64,000 nt of DNA from Actinomycetes bacterium (lineage in GTDB: Bacteria; Actinomycetota; Acidimicrobiia; Acidimicrobiales; Acidimicrobilacustridaceae), in the NCBI GenBank assembly GCA_037139155.1, contig JBAXGZ010000001.1:36845-100844 (forward strand), in the 5' to 3' direction. The notes beneath the pieces were generated by a model that was not told the origin of the DNA, searched no databases, and saw only the letters and a list, made by a program, of their open reading frames with translations. Numbering within the stretch: the stretch's first letter is position 1; every line of letters starts with the position of its first letter. The translations under genes and the position numbers were made by a program. This document shows, in pieces, positions 19,685 through 29,171 of the stretch.

Positions 19685-20089
19685 TTACCAAACGAAGCAC
19701 AGGATCTCGCCGCCCATGCGACGCTTACGCGCCTCACGGTCGGTCATCAGACCCTGACTGGTGGACAGGACAGCGACTCCGAGGCCACCGAGAACCCGAG
19801 GGATCTTGTCGGCCTTTATGTAGACGCGGAGGCCCGGCTTCGACACGCGCTTGACACCAGAGATGACGCGCTTGCGTTCGGGCGAGTACTTCATGGTGAC
19901 GGTGAGAACCGAACCGGGACGGTTCGGATCGTCAGCGATGGTGAAGCCTTCGATGTATCCCTCAGAGAGAAGGAGTTGTGCGAGGGCTTCTTTCACCTTG
20001 GAGGAGGGCATGCGCACCTCATCGTGCATCGCGGTGTTCGCGTTGCGGATGCGGGTCAGCATGTCGGCGATGGGATCTGTCATTGTCAT
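19685..20089 (-). CDS. rpsH: 30S ribosomal protein S8
   Basis: [26 protein letters not shown]. Confidence 0.99.
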   Translation of the reverse strand: MTMTDPIADMLTRIRNANTAMHDEVRMPSSKVKEALAQLLLSEGYIEGFTIADDPNRPGSVLTVTMKYSPERKRVISGVKRVSKPGLRVYIKADKIPRVLGGLGVAVLSTSQGLMTDREARKRRMGGEILCFVW

Positions 20090-20102
20090 GTTGTCGCCTC
20101 CC

Positions 20103-20288
20103 TCACCAACTGGCCTTTTTCAGACCAGGAATTTCGCCAGCGTGTCCGAGTTCGCGAAGGCAAACACGGCAGAGCTGGAACTTGCGGTAGACAGCACGAG
20201 GCCGTCCGCACTTCTGGCAACGGGTGTAACCACGAACCTTGAACTTCGGGGTCTGACGTTGCTTATTAACGAGCGCCTTTTTGGCCAT
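20103..20288 (-). CDS. rpsN: 30S ribosomal protein S14, Zn-binding type
   Basis: 61 aa, RCQKCGR and LCRVC. Confidence 0.98.
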   Translation of the reverse strand: MAKKALVNKQRQTPKFKVRGYTRCQKCGRPRAVYRKFQLCRVCLRELGHAGEIPGLKKASW

Positions 20289-20860
20289 TACTGCTGCCCC
20301 TCACGCTTGAACGGGAAGCCGAAAGCATCGAGCAGGGCTTTGCCCTCGGCATTGGTCTTGGCAGTGGTCACGATCGTGATGTCGAAGCCGCGGGGGACGT
20401 CGATCTTGTCGTAATCGATCTCCGGGAACATGAGCTGCTCCGGAAGACCAAAGGTGTAGTTGCCGTGTCCGTCAAAGGACTTCGGCGACAGTCCGCGGAA
20501 ATCGCGAATGCGGGGAATCGCCAGGCTGATGAGCCGGTCGAAGAACTCCCACATGCGATCGCCACGAAGCGTGACCTTCACACCAATGGCATTGCCTTCG
20601 CGCAGTTTGAAACCGGCGATGGACTTCTTGGCCTTGGTCACGATGACCTTCTGGCCGGTGATCCGCTCGAGATCACGCACGGCACCATCGAGCAGAGAAG
20701 ACTGCGCGAGGGCCTTGCCGACACCCGAGTTGATCACGATCTTCTCGAACCGCGGAACCTGCATGATGTTGTCGAGTTCGAGCGTGCCCTTGAGCTGGGT
20801 ACGAATCTCATCGTTGTAGCGGGTCTTGAGCCGAGGAACACTCACCGTTGCGGTGCTCAT
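20288..20860 (-). CDS. rplE: 50S ribosomal protein L5
   Basis: [23 protein letters not shown]. Start ATG 20860. Confidence 0.99.
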   Translation of the reverse strand: MSTATVSVPRLKTRYNDEIRTQLKGTLELDNIMQVPRFEKIVINSGVGKALAQSSLLDGAVRDLERITGQKVIVTKAKKSIAGFKLREGNAIGVKVTLRGDRMWEFFDRLISLAIPRIRDFRGLSPKSFDGHGNYTFGLPEQLMFPEIDYDKIDVPRGFDITIVTTAKTNAEGKALLDAFGFPFKREGQQ

Positions 20861-21168
20861 GCGAGATCTCCTTCGCACTTGCGGCAGATCCGGACCTTGG
20901 TGCCATCGGGCTCAAAGCGATAACCGATACGTGTCGGCTTCTTGCATGAGTTGCAGATGATGGCAACGTTGGAGACCGGAAGTGGCATCTCTTTGTCGAT
21001 GATGCCGCCGCTGTTGGTCTGACTTACGGGCTTCTGGTGCTTCTTGGCAATGTTGACGCCGTCGACGATGACCTTTCCCTTTTCGGGAATGGAACGGGTG
21101 ACGGTTCCGACCTTGCCGCGGTCCTTGCCGGAGAGCACCTGGACGCGATCGCCCTTGCGGATCTTCAT
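20857..21168 (-). CDS. rplX: 50S ribosomal protein L24
   Basis: [26 protein letters not shown]. Confidence 0.98.
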   Translation of the reverse strand: MKIRKGDRVQVLSGKDRGKVGTVTRSIPEKGKVIVDGVNIAKKHQKPVSQTNSGGIIDKEMPLPVSNVAIICNSCKKPTRIGYRFEPDGTKVRICRKCEGDLA

Positions 21169-21536
21169 CACAACACCTCCGGGGCGAGTGACACGATTCG
21201 CATGAACTTCTTGTCACGCAGTTCACGACCCACCGGGCCGAAGATGCGCGTGCCACGAGGCAGCATGTTGTCGTTGATCAACACCGCAGCGTTCTCGTCA
21301 AACTTGATGTAGGAGCCGTCGGGACGACGCTTTTCCTTCTTGACTCGGACGACGACGCACTTGACGACATCGCCCTTCTTCACGCCAGCGCCAGGAATGG
21401 CGTCCTTGACCGTTGCGACGAAGACGTCGCCGATCGAGGCGTAACGGCGACGTGTGCCACCGAGAACCTTGATGCACAGGACTTCCTTGGCACCACTGTT
21501 ATCGGCGACTCGAAGTCGGGATTCCTGCTGAATCAT
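21168..21536 (-). CDS. rplN: 50S ribosomal protein L14
   Basis: [23 protein letters not shown]. Confidence 0.99.
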   Translation of the reverse strand: MIQQESRLRVADNSGAKEVLCIKVLGGTRRRYASIGDVFVATVKDAIPGAGVKKGDVVKCVVVRVKKEKRRPDGSYIKFDENAAVLINDNMLPRGTRIFGPVGRELRDKKFMRIVSLAPEVL

Positions 21537-21811
21537 CGTGCACGCTCCACAACATCGAGGACACGCCAGCGCTTCGTCTTTGAAAGCGGGCGGGTCTCCT
21601 GCACACGAACCTTGTCGCCCACGTTGAGATCATTGGTCTCGTCGTGGACGTACAACTTGTTCGTGCGCTGAACGGTCTTGTTGTAGCGAGGGTGACGAAC
21701 GCGGTCGGTCACTGCGACGACAGCGGTCTTGTCCATGGCCGTCGAAACGACCATGCCCTCACGAATTTTGCGCGGATTGGCGCGCTCGGTGGCCGTAGTT
21801 TCCTCAGCCAT
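21533..21811 (-). CDS. rpsQ: 30S ribosomal protein S17
   Basis: [28 protein letters not shown]. Confidence 0.99.
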   Translation of the reverse strand: MAEETTATERANPRKIREGMVVSTAMDKTAVVAVTDRVRHPRYNKTVQRTNKLYVHDETNDLNVGDKVRVQETRPLSKTKRWRVLDVVERAR

Positions 21812-22044
21812 CAGGCGTTCTCCTCGTTCTGCGTCAGCGCTTCGGCTGCGGCGATCTCGCGGCTACGCAATTCAGTATTGAGTTTGGCAACCTGTTTGCG
21901 CACCACTCCGAGACGGGCGGTGTTGTCGAGCTGACCAGTGACATGCTGGAAGCGGAGGTTGAAAAGTTCTTCCTTCGCTGATGCCAGCCTGTCGAGCAGT
22001 TCGCCGTCGCTGATATCGGGAAGCGATTCCTTTGTCTTCGCCAT
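21811..22044 (-). CDS. rpmC: 50S ribosomal protein L29
   Basis: [18 protein letters not shown]. Start trimmed to ATG 22044. Confidence 0.97.
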   Translation of the reverse strand: MAKTKESLPDISDGELLDRLASAKEELFNLRFQHVTGQLDNTARLGVVRKQVAKLNTELRSREIAAAEALTQNEENA

Positions 22045-22460
22045 CAGAACCCCTCCTCGCGGGCAACGAAGCGAGCCTTGATCGGCAGCTTCTGAATGGC
22101 CCGGTCGATCGCCGCACGGGCGACCTCGGGGTCGTTGTAGGACAGTTCGAACATGATGCGACCGGGCTTGACCACGGCGACCCAACGTTCGGGATTGCCC
22201 TTTCCTGAACCCATGCGGGTTTCGGCGGGCTTCTGAGTGACGGGCTTGTCCGGGAACACATTGATCCAGACCTTGCCGCCACGCTTGATATGGCGGGTCA
22301 TCGCGATACGGGCGGCCTCGATCTGACGGGCAGTGATCCAACCCGGTTCGAGGGCCTGGATGCCGTAGTCACCAAACGTGACCTCGGTTCCACCCTTTGC
22401 TTGACCCTTCATGCGACCGCGCTGCTGCTTGCGGTGCTTGACCTTCTTAGGCATCAACAT
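22044..22460 (-). CDS. rplP: 50S ribosomal protein L16
   Basis: [16 protein letters not shown]. Confidence 0.99.
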   Translation of the reverse strand: MLMPKKVKHRKQQRGRMKGQAKGGTEVTFGDYGIQALEPGWITARQIEAARIAMTRHIKRGGKVWINVFPDKPVTQKPAETRMGSGKGNPERWVAVVKPGRIMFELSYNDPEVARAAIDRAIQKLPIKARFVAREEGF

Positions 22461-22462
22461 GT

Positions 22463-23365
22463 TCAGTCACCATCCCCGGGACGGAAATGCGGGGTTTCGT
22501 GGGGCTGGCGAGTGGAACGCTCGATCTCTTCTTCCTCGGCGAGAAGTCGCTCGAGCTCGGGATCGGCCTCCTTCACCAGCGGAGTTGCTTCGATGTCTTC
22601 AATCAGTTCCGAATCGGCATCGCGCTTGCGACCCGCAGCTGAGGAGACGACCTTGCGGGGACGAGCGTCACCGGAAGGTTCACCAACAGCCATCGCCGCT
22701 TCACGGGTGGCCTTGTCATCGAGCACGCTCTTGTAGGGGAGAATGTCGCCCTTGTAGAGCCACACCTTCACGCCAATGCGGCCGTAGGTGGTCTTTGCTT
22801 CACGGAAGCCGTAGTCAATGTCGGCGCGAAGCGTGTGCAACGGGACTCGACCTTCGCGGTACCACTCAGTGCGTGACATTTCTGCGCCACCGAGGCGACC
22901 CGCGCACTGAACGCGGATGCCAAGGGCACCGGCTTTCTGTGCGTTCTGCACAGCACGCTTCATGGCACGACGGAAGGCAACACGACCAGCAAGCTGATCG
23001 GCGACACCCTGAGCGATCAGCGCAGCGTCGAGTTCAGGCTGCTTGATCTCCTGGATGTTGAGCTGGACCTTGTTGTTGCCGGAAATCTTGGTGAGACCGG
23101 CTCGGAGGCGATCGGCTTCTGCGCCACGACGACCGATAACGATGCCGGGACGAGCAGTGTGCACGTCGACACGGAGACGGTCACGGGTGCGCTCGATCTC
23201 AACACGACTGATCGCGGCATGCGGCAGCTGTGTCATGAGGTAATCGCGGATCTTCCAATCCTGAATGAGGTTGTCGGAGTATTCGCGACGATCGGCGAAC
23301 CAACGCGACTTCCAGTCGGTGGTCACGCCGAGGCGGAACCCGTACGGGTTGACCTTCTGACCCAT
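22463..23365 (-). CDS. rpsC: 30S ribosomal protein S3 with C-terminal extension (300 aa)
   Basis: [36 protein letters not shown]. Confidence 0.99.
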   Translation of the reverse strand: MGQKVNPYGFRLGVTTDWKSRWFADRREYSDNLIQDWKIRDYLMTQLPHAAISRVEIERTRDRLRVDVHTARPGIVIGRRGAEADRLRAGLTKISGNNKVQLNIQEIKQPELDAALIAQGVADQLAGRVAFRRAMKRAVQNAQKAGALGIRVQCAGRLGGAEMSRTEWYREGRVPLHTLRADIDYGFREAKTTYGRIGVKVWLYKGDILPYKSVLDDKATREAAMAVGEPSGDARPRKVVSSAAGRKRDADSELIEDIEATPLVKEADPELERLLAEEEEIERSTRQPHETPHFRPGDGD

Positions 23366-24048
23366 CAGTCTTCCTTCCCGTCGGTCTCGACGGCTTCGTC
23401 GGCTACTGCATCTTCGACACCAGCGTCATCGACAACCACGGCGTCATCGACAACCACGGCTTCAGCGACAACGACGTCGTCGGTCTCTGCGTGGTCATGA
23501 TCGTGGTCATGATCGTGGTCATGGTCATGATCGTGATCGTGATCGTTCTCTTCTTCGACCTTGCGTTCGGCCTTGGCCTGACGGCTGCGAGCCACACGTT
23601 CACGACGTGCTTCGGCTGCAGCGCGTCCACCAGAGACGCGGCCACTAGCGGCTTCACGCTCACGAAGCTTCTCGAGATCGTCGGTCGACAGGCGACTCAC
23701 GATGATCGTGATGTGGCAGGTGCGCTTACGAATGCGCGTGGCACGACCACGAGCACGGGGACGCCAGCGCTTCAGAGTCGGGCCCTCGTCAGAGAAACAG
23801 GCCGAGACGAAAAGTTCGTCGGCCGGGATCTGGTTGTTGTGCTCGGCGTTGGCGATTGCCGACTCGAGACACTTCAGGACAACGCGAGCAATGTCGCGTT
23901 CGGCCATTTCGAGCACCTCAAGTGCTCGTGAGACCGGGAGTCCGCGGATGAGATCAAGGATCTCGCGGGCCTTATACGCCGATGAACGGACGTACTTGAC
24001 CTCGGCGCGCACGCCCGGACGCTCGTTGGTCTTCGCACCGAAGGCCAT
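23365..24048 (-). CDS. rplV: 50S ribosomal protein L22 with long acidic/His C-terminal extension (227 aa)
   Basis: [32 protein letters not shown], followed by a (DH)9 tract. Confidence 0.98.
   Translation of the reverse strand: MAFGAKTNERPGVRAEVKYVRSSAYKAREILDLIRGLPVSRALEVLEMAERDIARVVLKCLESAIANAEHNNQIPADELFVSACFSDEGPTLKRWRPRARGRATRIRKRTCHITIIVSRLSTDDLEKLREREAASGRVSGGRAAAEARRERVARSRQAKAERKVEEENDHDHDHDHDHDHDHDHDHAETDDVVVAEAVVVDDAVVVDDAGVEDAVADEAVETDGKED
23491..23544 (-). repeat. Coding (Asp-His)x9 tract within rplV
   Basis: Nine GAY-CAY dicodons with mixed synonymous codons. Confidence 0.95.
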
Positions 24049-24326
24049 CAGCGGCGTCCCTTCTTCTCTTGGCCGGCATGGAACCTGAAGGTTCGCGTCG
24101 GGGCGAACTCACCAAGCTTGTGGCCAACCATCGCCTCGGTGACATACACCGGGACGTGCTTGCGACCGTCGTGGACGGCCATGGTGTGGCCAACCATTTC
24201 GGGGATGATCGTGGAACGACGAGACCAGGTCTTGATGACCTTCTTTTCGTTCTGTTCGTTGAGTGCGTCGACCTTCTTAAGAAGATGGTCGTCGACAAAC
24301 GGACCCTTTTTGAGGCTGCGAGGCAT
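24048..24326 (-). CDS. rpsS: 30S ribosomal protein S19
   Basis: [26 protein letters not shown]. Confidence 0.99.
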   Translation of the reverse strand: MPRSLKKGPFVDDHLLKKVDALNEQNEKKVIKTWSRRSTIIPEMVGHTMAVHDGRKHVPVYVTEAMVGHKLGEFAPTRTFRFHAGQEKKGRR

Positions 24327-24337
24327 GTCGTCCTCTC

Positions 24338-25174
24338 CTAACGCCGTGAACCGCGGGTGCGGCGACGACGGACAATGAGTTTCTGTGACGGCTTGGTCTT
24401 GTCACGGGTACGGCCTTCGGACTTACCCCAAGGCGACACCGGATGACGACCGCCGGAGGTCTTACCTTCACCACCACCGTGCGGATGGTCGACCGGGTTC
24501 ATGGCCACACCGCGGGTCTGGGGCTTGACGCCCTTCCAGCGGTTACGACCGGCCTTACCGATCTTGATGAGTTCATGCTCGGAGTTGCCAACCTCGCCAA
24601 CAGTGGCGCGGCAGTCAATCGGAACACGACGCATTTCGGTGCTGGGAAGACGAAGAGTGGCGTAATCGCCCTCTTTGGCGACGAGCTGAATGCTCATGCC
24701 AGCGCTGCGCCCCATCTTGCCGCCACCACCGGGCTTGAGTTCGACGTTGTGCACGACGGTACCGACCGGGATGTAACGCAGCGGAAGTGCGTTGCCAGGA
24801 CGGATGTCTGATCCTTGACCGCTTTGCAAAATGTCGCCGACCTGCACACCCTTCGGGGCGAGGATGTAGCTCTTCGCTCCGTCGTGATAATGGAGGAGTG
24901 CGATACGGCAGGTGCGGTTGGGGTCGTATTCGATCGCGGCGACGGAAGCGGGAACGCCATCCTTGACGCGACGAAAATCGACGAGACGGTACCGCTGCTT
25001 GTGACCGCCACCCTTGTGACGGGCGGTCTTGCGACCGTAGGAGTTACGACCACCGGTGCGGTTCTTGGGAACCACCAGCGAACGTTCCGGCGTGTCCTTC
25101 GTGATCTCCGCGAAATCGGAGACCGTCTGGAAACGACGACCAGGACTAGTTGGTTTGCGCTTACGAAGAGCCAT
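24338..25174 (-). CDS. rplB: 50S ribosomal protein L2
   Basis: [24 protein letters not shown]. Confidence 0.99.
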   Translation of the reverse strand: MALRKRKPTSPGRRFQTVSDFAEITKDTPERSLVVPKNRTGGRNSYGRKTARHKGGGHKQRYRLVDFRRVKDGVPASVAAIEYDPNRTCRIALLHYHDGAKSYILAPKGVQVGDILQSGQGSDIRPGNALPLRYIPVGTVVHNVELKPGGGGKMGRSAGMSIQLVAKEGDYATLRLPSTEMRRVPIDCRATVGEVGNSEHELIKIGKAGRNRWKGVKPQTRGVAMNPVDHPHGGGEGKTSGGRHPVSPWGKSEGRTRDKTKPSQKLIVRRRRTRGSRR

Positions 25175-25180
25175 GGTTCC

Positions 25181-25486
25181 TTACCCCTCGAACAATTCGA
25201 TGCGGTCGCCAGCGGCGAGAGTGACGAAGGCACGCTTCTGGCCCGCCTGCGAACCGAAGGTTCCGGTACGACGGTTGCGCTTGCGCTTGCCATTGCGATT
25301 GAGCGTGTTCACCTTGAGGACCTTCACTCCGAAGATCGACTCGATGGCGTCGTGAATCTCGGGCTTCGAAGCGTCGGGATGAACAACGAATGTGTACACG
25401 TTTGTGTCGAGAAGCGAATAGCTCTTCTCGCTTACAACAGGACGGATGATGATGTCCCGCGGGTTCTTGGCGCGGAGATCTTTCAC
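25181..25486 (-). CDS. rplW: 50S ribosomal protein L23
   Basis: [19 protein letters not shown]. Confidence 0.98.
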   Translation of the reverse strand: MKDLRAKNPRDIIIRPVVSEKSYSLLDTNVYTFVVHPDASKPEIHDAIESIFGVKVLKVNTLNRNGKRKRNRRTGTFGSQAGQKRAFVTLAAGDRIELFEG

Positions 25487-26103
25487 TTCGATTCCTCCAC
25501 GTTCGGCAGGGTCGACTTGGTGAACACAACGCAGTCAGAAACGAGTACGTCGTAGGTGTTGAGTTCCGCGGTCTCGATGATGTGGACATGACCAAGGTTG
25601 CGGAAGCTCTTCCACGCAGCAACATCGCCACGGTCGAGCACCAACAGCACCTTGCCCTCGACGCCGAGTGCAGCAAGAGCCGCAATTGCGCCCTTGGTCG
25701 AAGGAGCGTCGAACTTCCATTCATCGACAACGATGACCTTGCCCTCAGACGCACGGTCGGACAGAGCCGAACGAAGCGCGAGCTTGATCATCTTCTTGGG
25801 GGTCTTCTGGGCGTAGCTGCGGGGCTTGGGGCCGAGCGCAACGCCACCACCGATCCAGTTCGGCGAACGAGTCGAACCAGCGCGAGCGCGGCCGGTGCCC
25901 TTTTGCTTCCAGGGCTTCGCACCGCCGCCGGAAACCTCGGCGCGGGTCTTGGTGCTCTGCGTGCCTGAACGGCGTGCCGCAAGCTGTGCGGTCACGACCT
26001 GATGCATCACCGGAACATTGGGCTCGATGCCGAAGGTCGTGGCATCGAGTTCGATCGAGCCAGCGTCAGCGCCGGCTGGGGTCTTGACGGTCACAGTTGC
26101 CAT
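25483..26103 (-). CDS. rplD: 50S ribosomal protein L4
   Basis: [33 protein letters not shown]. Confidence 0.99.
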   Translation of the reverse strand: MATVTVKTPAGADAGSIELDATTFGIEPNVPVMHQVVTAQLAARRSGTQSTKTRAEVSGGGAKPWKQKGTGRARAGSTRSPNWIGGGVALGPKPRSYAQKTPKKMIKLALRSALSDRASEGKVIVVDEWKFDAPSTKGAIAALAALGVEGKVLLVLDRGDVAAWKSFRNLGHVHIIETAELNTYDVLVSDCVVFTKSTLPNVEESK

Positions 26104-26756
26104 CACGCATCACCCTTCGAGTGAATCTTCACTGCGTCGCGGATGACCACGATGCCGCCCTTGGGGCCAGGCACCGCGCCGCGCACGAGCAGCAAATTCT
26201 TTTCGGGATCGGCAGACACGACGCGCAGGTTGAGCGTGGTGACTTTCTCTGCACCCATACGACCAGCCATACGCGTGCCCTTAAACACGCGGGCCGGTGT
26301 GGCGCAGGCACCGATCGAGCCAGGAGCACGATGGACTCGGTGGGCACCGTGGGATGCGCGCTGGCCTTTGAAGTTGTGACGCTTCATCGTTCCGGCGAAA
26401 CCCTTGCCCTTGCTCACGGCAGTCACGTCGACGAACTCACCAGCGGCGAGCGTGTCGACTTTGATTTCCTGTCCAACTTCGAAGTCGTCGACACTGTCGA
26501 GGCGAAGCTCGAGAACGCGCTTGCCGGCGGCGACGCCAGCCTTTTCGAAGTGACCGCGATCGGGACTGTTCAGCTTGCTGGCTTTCTTCTCACCGAAGGT
26601 GACCTGCAATGCGTTGTACCCATCGCGTTCAACGGTCTTGATCTGCACCACGCGCATTGGAGCGACGTGCAGCACGGTCACGGGCACAACGCGGTTCGCG
26701 TCATCCCATACCTGTGTCATGCCGACTTTTTCGCCGACTACTGCTTTGTTCGCCAT
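26103..26756 (-). CDS. rplC: 50S ribosomal protein L3
   Basis: KVGMTQ, DGYNALQ, SKGKGFAG, RAPGSIG. Start ATG 26756. Confidence 0.99.
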   Translation of the reverse strand: MANKAVVGEKVGMTQVWDDANRVVPVTVLHVAPMRVVQIKTVERDGYNALQVTFGEKKASKLNSPDRGHFEKAGVAAGKRVLELRLDSVDDFEVGQEIKVDTLAAGEFVDVTAVSKGKGFAGTMKRHNFKGQRASHGAHRVHRAPGSIGACATPARVFKGTRMAGRMGAEKVTTLNLRVVSADPEKNLLLVRGAVPGPKGGIVVIRDAVKIHSKGDA

Positions 26757-26824
26757 AACGGCAACGATCTTTCTGTTGTGGTTTGCGTCGAGTCGGACAT
26801 GCGGGGACCGGCCCTTCATGCCAA

Positions 26825-26953
26825 CGCTCGGCACGGGAAAACCCGGCCGAGCGCCTGTCGGTTGTGCTGCGGGGTATCTACCGAAGTAGACCGTCGCAGA
26901 CGTCGGTTCGATCGACGTAGAGGTGCGGTTGGCGATCTTCCGGAGAAGACCCC
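26825..26953 (-). promoter_or_regulatory. Multi-hairpin rplC 5' leader
   Basis: Stems at 26825-26853, 26877-26890 (UUCG loop), 26900-26918 and 26936-26949. Confidence 0.55.
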
Positions 26954-26970
26954 TGTTGCACGGAGGTGAA

Positions 26971-26999
26971 ACTCTAGGGGTTCGGCCGCCTTAGACCAA
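26971..26999 (-). promoter_or_regulatory. SigA-like promoter for the rplC operon
   Basis: TTGGTC-N17-TAGAGT on the minus strand. Confidence 0.55.
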
Positions 27000-27043
27000 A
27001 TCCCGATGTTGCGACGCCTCAAGAGCATTGAGCCACGAGGCCC

Positions 27044-27075
27044 TTGACCTTGTACCACGCATATGTGGTACAAAT
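27044..27075 (+). promoter_or_regulatory. TA promoter with overlapping palindromic operator
   Basis: TTGACC at 27044. Perfect inverted repeat TTGTACCAC-N6-GTGGTACAA at 27050-27073. -10-like TACAAA(T) ends 5-6 nt before ATG 27081. Confidence 0.7.
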
Positions 27076-27080
27076 GCCCC

Positions 27081-27494
27081 ATGCCCTCGGATCAGATCCT
27101 CGAACAGATCAGTGCCTTGCTCGCAAATGAGGACGATTCCACGGTCAATACCTCAATGCGGCTGCCGGCCACGCTCCGCGAGGCTGCCGCCCTCGCCACC
27201 GAACACCTGGGCCTGGCCCCATCCACCACGGCCTATACCGCTCAACTCCTGCGCTCAGGCATCGAAGCCTCTCTCTTGGCCGCCGTTCTCGAGGCCCATT
27301 ATGAGGACCTGCCTTCGGACCGACCGTCCCTGGCCGAGATCACCCTCGGAGTGGCCGAAATCGACGGCAACCCCCTCGCCCACCGGCCCGACCTCATTAC
27401 GAAAGCGGCCGAGGAGATCGTGGCGACCCACCCCAGCGCGACTCCTGACGATGTCCTCCTTTGGGCCGAGGCCCAACGGCTGGTCCGTTCATGA
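27081..27494 (+). CDS. Putative antitoxin with ribbon-helix-helix-like motif
   Basis: NTSMRLPATLREAA motif. Stop overlaps the toxin ATG (ATGA). Upstream palindrome. Confidence 0.6.
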   Translation: MPSDQILEQISALLANEDDSTVNTSMRLPATLREAAALATEHLGLAPSTTAYTAQLLRSGIEASLLAAVLEAHYEDLPSDRPSLAEITLGVAEIDGNPLAHRPDLITKAAEEIVATHPSATPDDVLLWAEAQRLVRS

Positions 27495-27907
27495 TCGTTG
27501 TGATCTTGGACAACGAAGCCGTCCAAGCCATCCTCCAACCCCATCATTCGAAGTTCCGTGTTGTGGCCAGTCGACTTGAAGCGGCACGTTGGCGATCGAC
27601 GAACCACACACAGGTGTCGCTTCATGTTCCTGCGACCGTTCAGGTGGAGGCGGGCTGGGACCGAACCTCCAAAAGATCGGTCCAGATCAACCGCTACCCC
27701 ATCACCATCAGCGCGCTCGACTCACCGTCGGCTGATGCCGCAGCGCGAATCGTCTCCGAACATTCCGTGACACCCGCAGACGCGCATGTGGGAGTGCTTT
27801 GTCAGAAACTTGCGGCGAGAAATGTTCGCGTCATCGTTCTCACAAGTGACCCCGATGACATTGAACTCGTCGCATCACCCACCACGATTACTGCACTTCG
27901 AATCTGA
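27491..27907 (+). CDS. PIN-domain (VapC-like) toxin
   Basis: Acidic PIN residue spacing: VILDNEA, PATVQVEAG, PADAHV, LTSDPDD. 138 aa. Confidence 0.72.
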   Translation: MIVVILDNEAVQAILQPHHSKFRVVASRLEAARWRSTNHTQVSLHVPATVQVEAGWDRTSKRSVQINRYPITISALDSPSADAAARIVSEHSVTPADAHVGVLCQKLAARNVRVIVLTSDPDDIELVASPTTITALRI

Positions 27908-27914
27908 TCAAGCG

Positions 27915-28697
27915 TTACAAACCCATGCGCTTTGTGACGCCATGATCGCGGCCGGCGGTGTAGCCACCATCAACAGCAATCGTTTGTCCCGTAACAAACG
28001 ACGCGTCAGGAGAAGCCAAGAATGCAGCAACTGCAGCGATTTCCGACGGGCGTCCAAGCCGACGGAGCTTGTGCTCCTCTTTGATCTCCTGGAGCATCTC
28101 GTCCATCTCGGGATCACCGAGTCCGCGCAGCATCGGCGTGTCGATGAATCCGGGACAGATCGAGTTCACTCGGATTCCCTGGCGGCCATAGTCGATCGCC
28201 ATGTTCTTGGTGAGAATCGCCACGCCACCCTTCGACGCGTTGTACGAACTTCCGCCGGCAGTTCCTTCGAGTCCTTCAACGCTGGCGACGGTGATGACGC
28301 TCCCCCGCTCTCCGTCGATTGGCTCCTGCGCCAGCATCTTGGTGATGACGTGTTTGCATGTCGTGAACGTGCCGGTGAGGTTGATATCGAGTGTGCGTGT
28401 GAATGTTGCAACGTCGACAAGATGCACCGGACCGCCCGCGGGAATTCCGGCAAAGGTGCACACAACGTCGATACGGCCGGTGAGTTTCGAGGCCTCTTCG
28501 ACCCATGCCGCGATTGCTGATTCGTCAGTCACATCGACATGGGTGAATGTGGTCGGATGCACTGCACCATCAACGGGCGGCTGTACGTCGGAACCAACGA
28601 CGATCGCGCCTTCAGCCAGAAAGCGTTCGACTGTTGCGGCGCCAAGACCTGAAGATGAACCAGTGACCAACACGACCTTGCCGTCGAAACGACCCAT
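27915..28697 (-). CDS. Short-chain dehydrogenase/reductase (classical SDR)
   Basis: VLVTGSSSGLG, DINLTG, YNASKGG, IRVNSICPG, TGQTIAVDGG. Start ATG 28697. Confidence 0.93.
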   Translation of the reverse strand: MGRFDGKVVLVTGSSSGLGAATVERFLAEGAIVVGSDVQPPVDGAVHPTTFTHVDVTDESAIAAWVEEASKLTGRIDVVCTFAGIPAGGPVHLVDVATFTRTLDINLTGTFTTCKHVITKMLAQEPIDGERGSVITVASVEGLEGTAGGSSYNASKGGVAILTKNMAIDYGRQGIRVNSICPGFIDTPMLRGLGDPEMDEMLQEIKEEHKLRRLGRPSEIAAVAAFLASPDASFVTGQTIAVDGGYTAGRDHGVTKRMGL

Positions 28698-28760
28698 GAC
28701 TTCCCCCAACGTTCGAGTGACCACACTGTGCGGTCGAATGATGTGCGCAACATAGCGTGA

Positions 28761-28793
28761 CAAAGCAAAGGGCCCCCGCCGAAGCGAGGGTCC
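28761..28793 (-). terminator. Intrinsic terminator after rpsJ
   Basis: GGACCCTCGC-TTCG-GCGGGGGCCC (one mismatch) followed by TTTGCTTTG. Confidence 0.75.
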
Positions 28794-28834
28794 TTCCCGA
28801 ATTTCAGTTCTGATGTCGCCCGAAACGGAGGAAC

Positions 28835-29155
28835 TCAGACCTGCTGGATCTTGATTTCGATGTCGACACCAGCCGGGAGGTCAAGACGCTGGAGCGAATC
28901 GACCGTCTTCGGGGTGGGATCAACGATGTCAAGGAGACGCTTGTGGATGCGCATCTCAAAGTGCTCGCGTGAGTCTTTATCCTTGAAGGGACCGCGAATG
29001 ACGGTGTAGCGATGCTTCTCGGTAGGAAGCGGCACCGGTCCACGAACCGTTGCACTCGTGCGGATGACGGTTTCCACGATCTTCTTCGTCGACTGGTCGA
29101 CGATCTCGTGGTCATACGCCTTCAGGCGAATGCGAATCTTCTGCTTGTCAGCCAT
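28835..29155 (-). CDS. rpsJ: 30S ribosomal protein S10
   Basis: [26 protein letters not shown]. Start ATG 29155. Confidence 0.99.
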   Translation of the reverse strand: MADKQKIRIRLKAYDHEIVDQSTKKIVETVIRTSATVRGPVPLPTEKHRYTVIRGPFKDKDSREHFEMRIHKRLLDIVDPTPKTVDSLQRLDLPAGVDIEIKIQQV

Positions 29156-29171
29156 GTTCAGTTTCGACCGA

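Noticed and set aside
26970-28760. TA/SDR block as a mobile element
   Set aside because: No transposase, integrase or terminal repeats were seen, so it is recorded only as an insertion relative to the canonical gene order.
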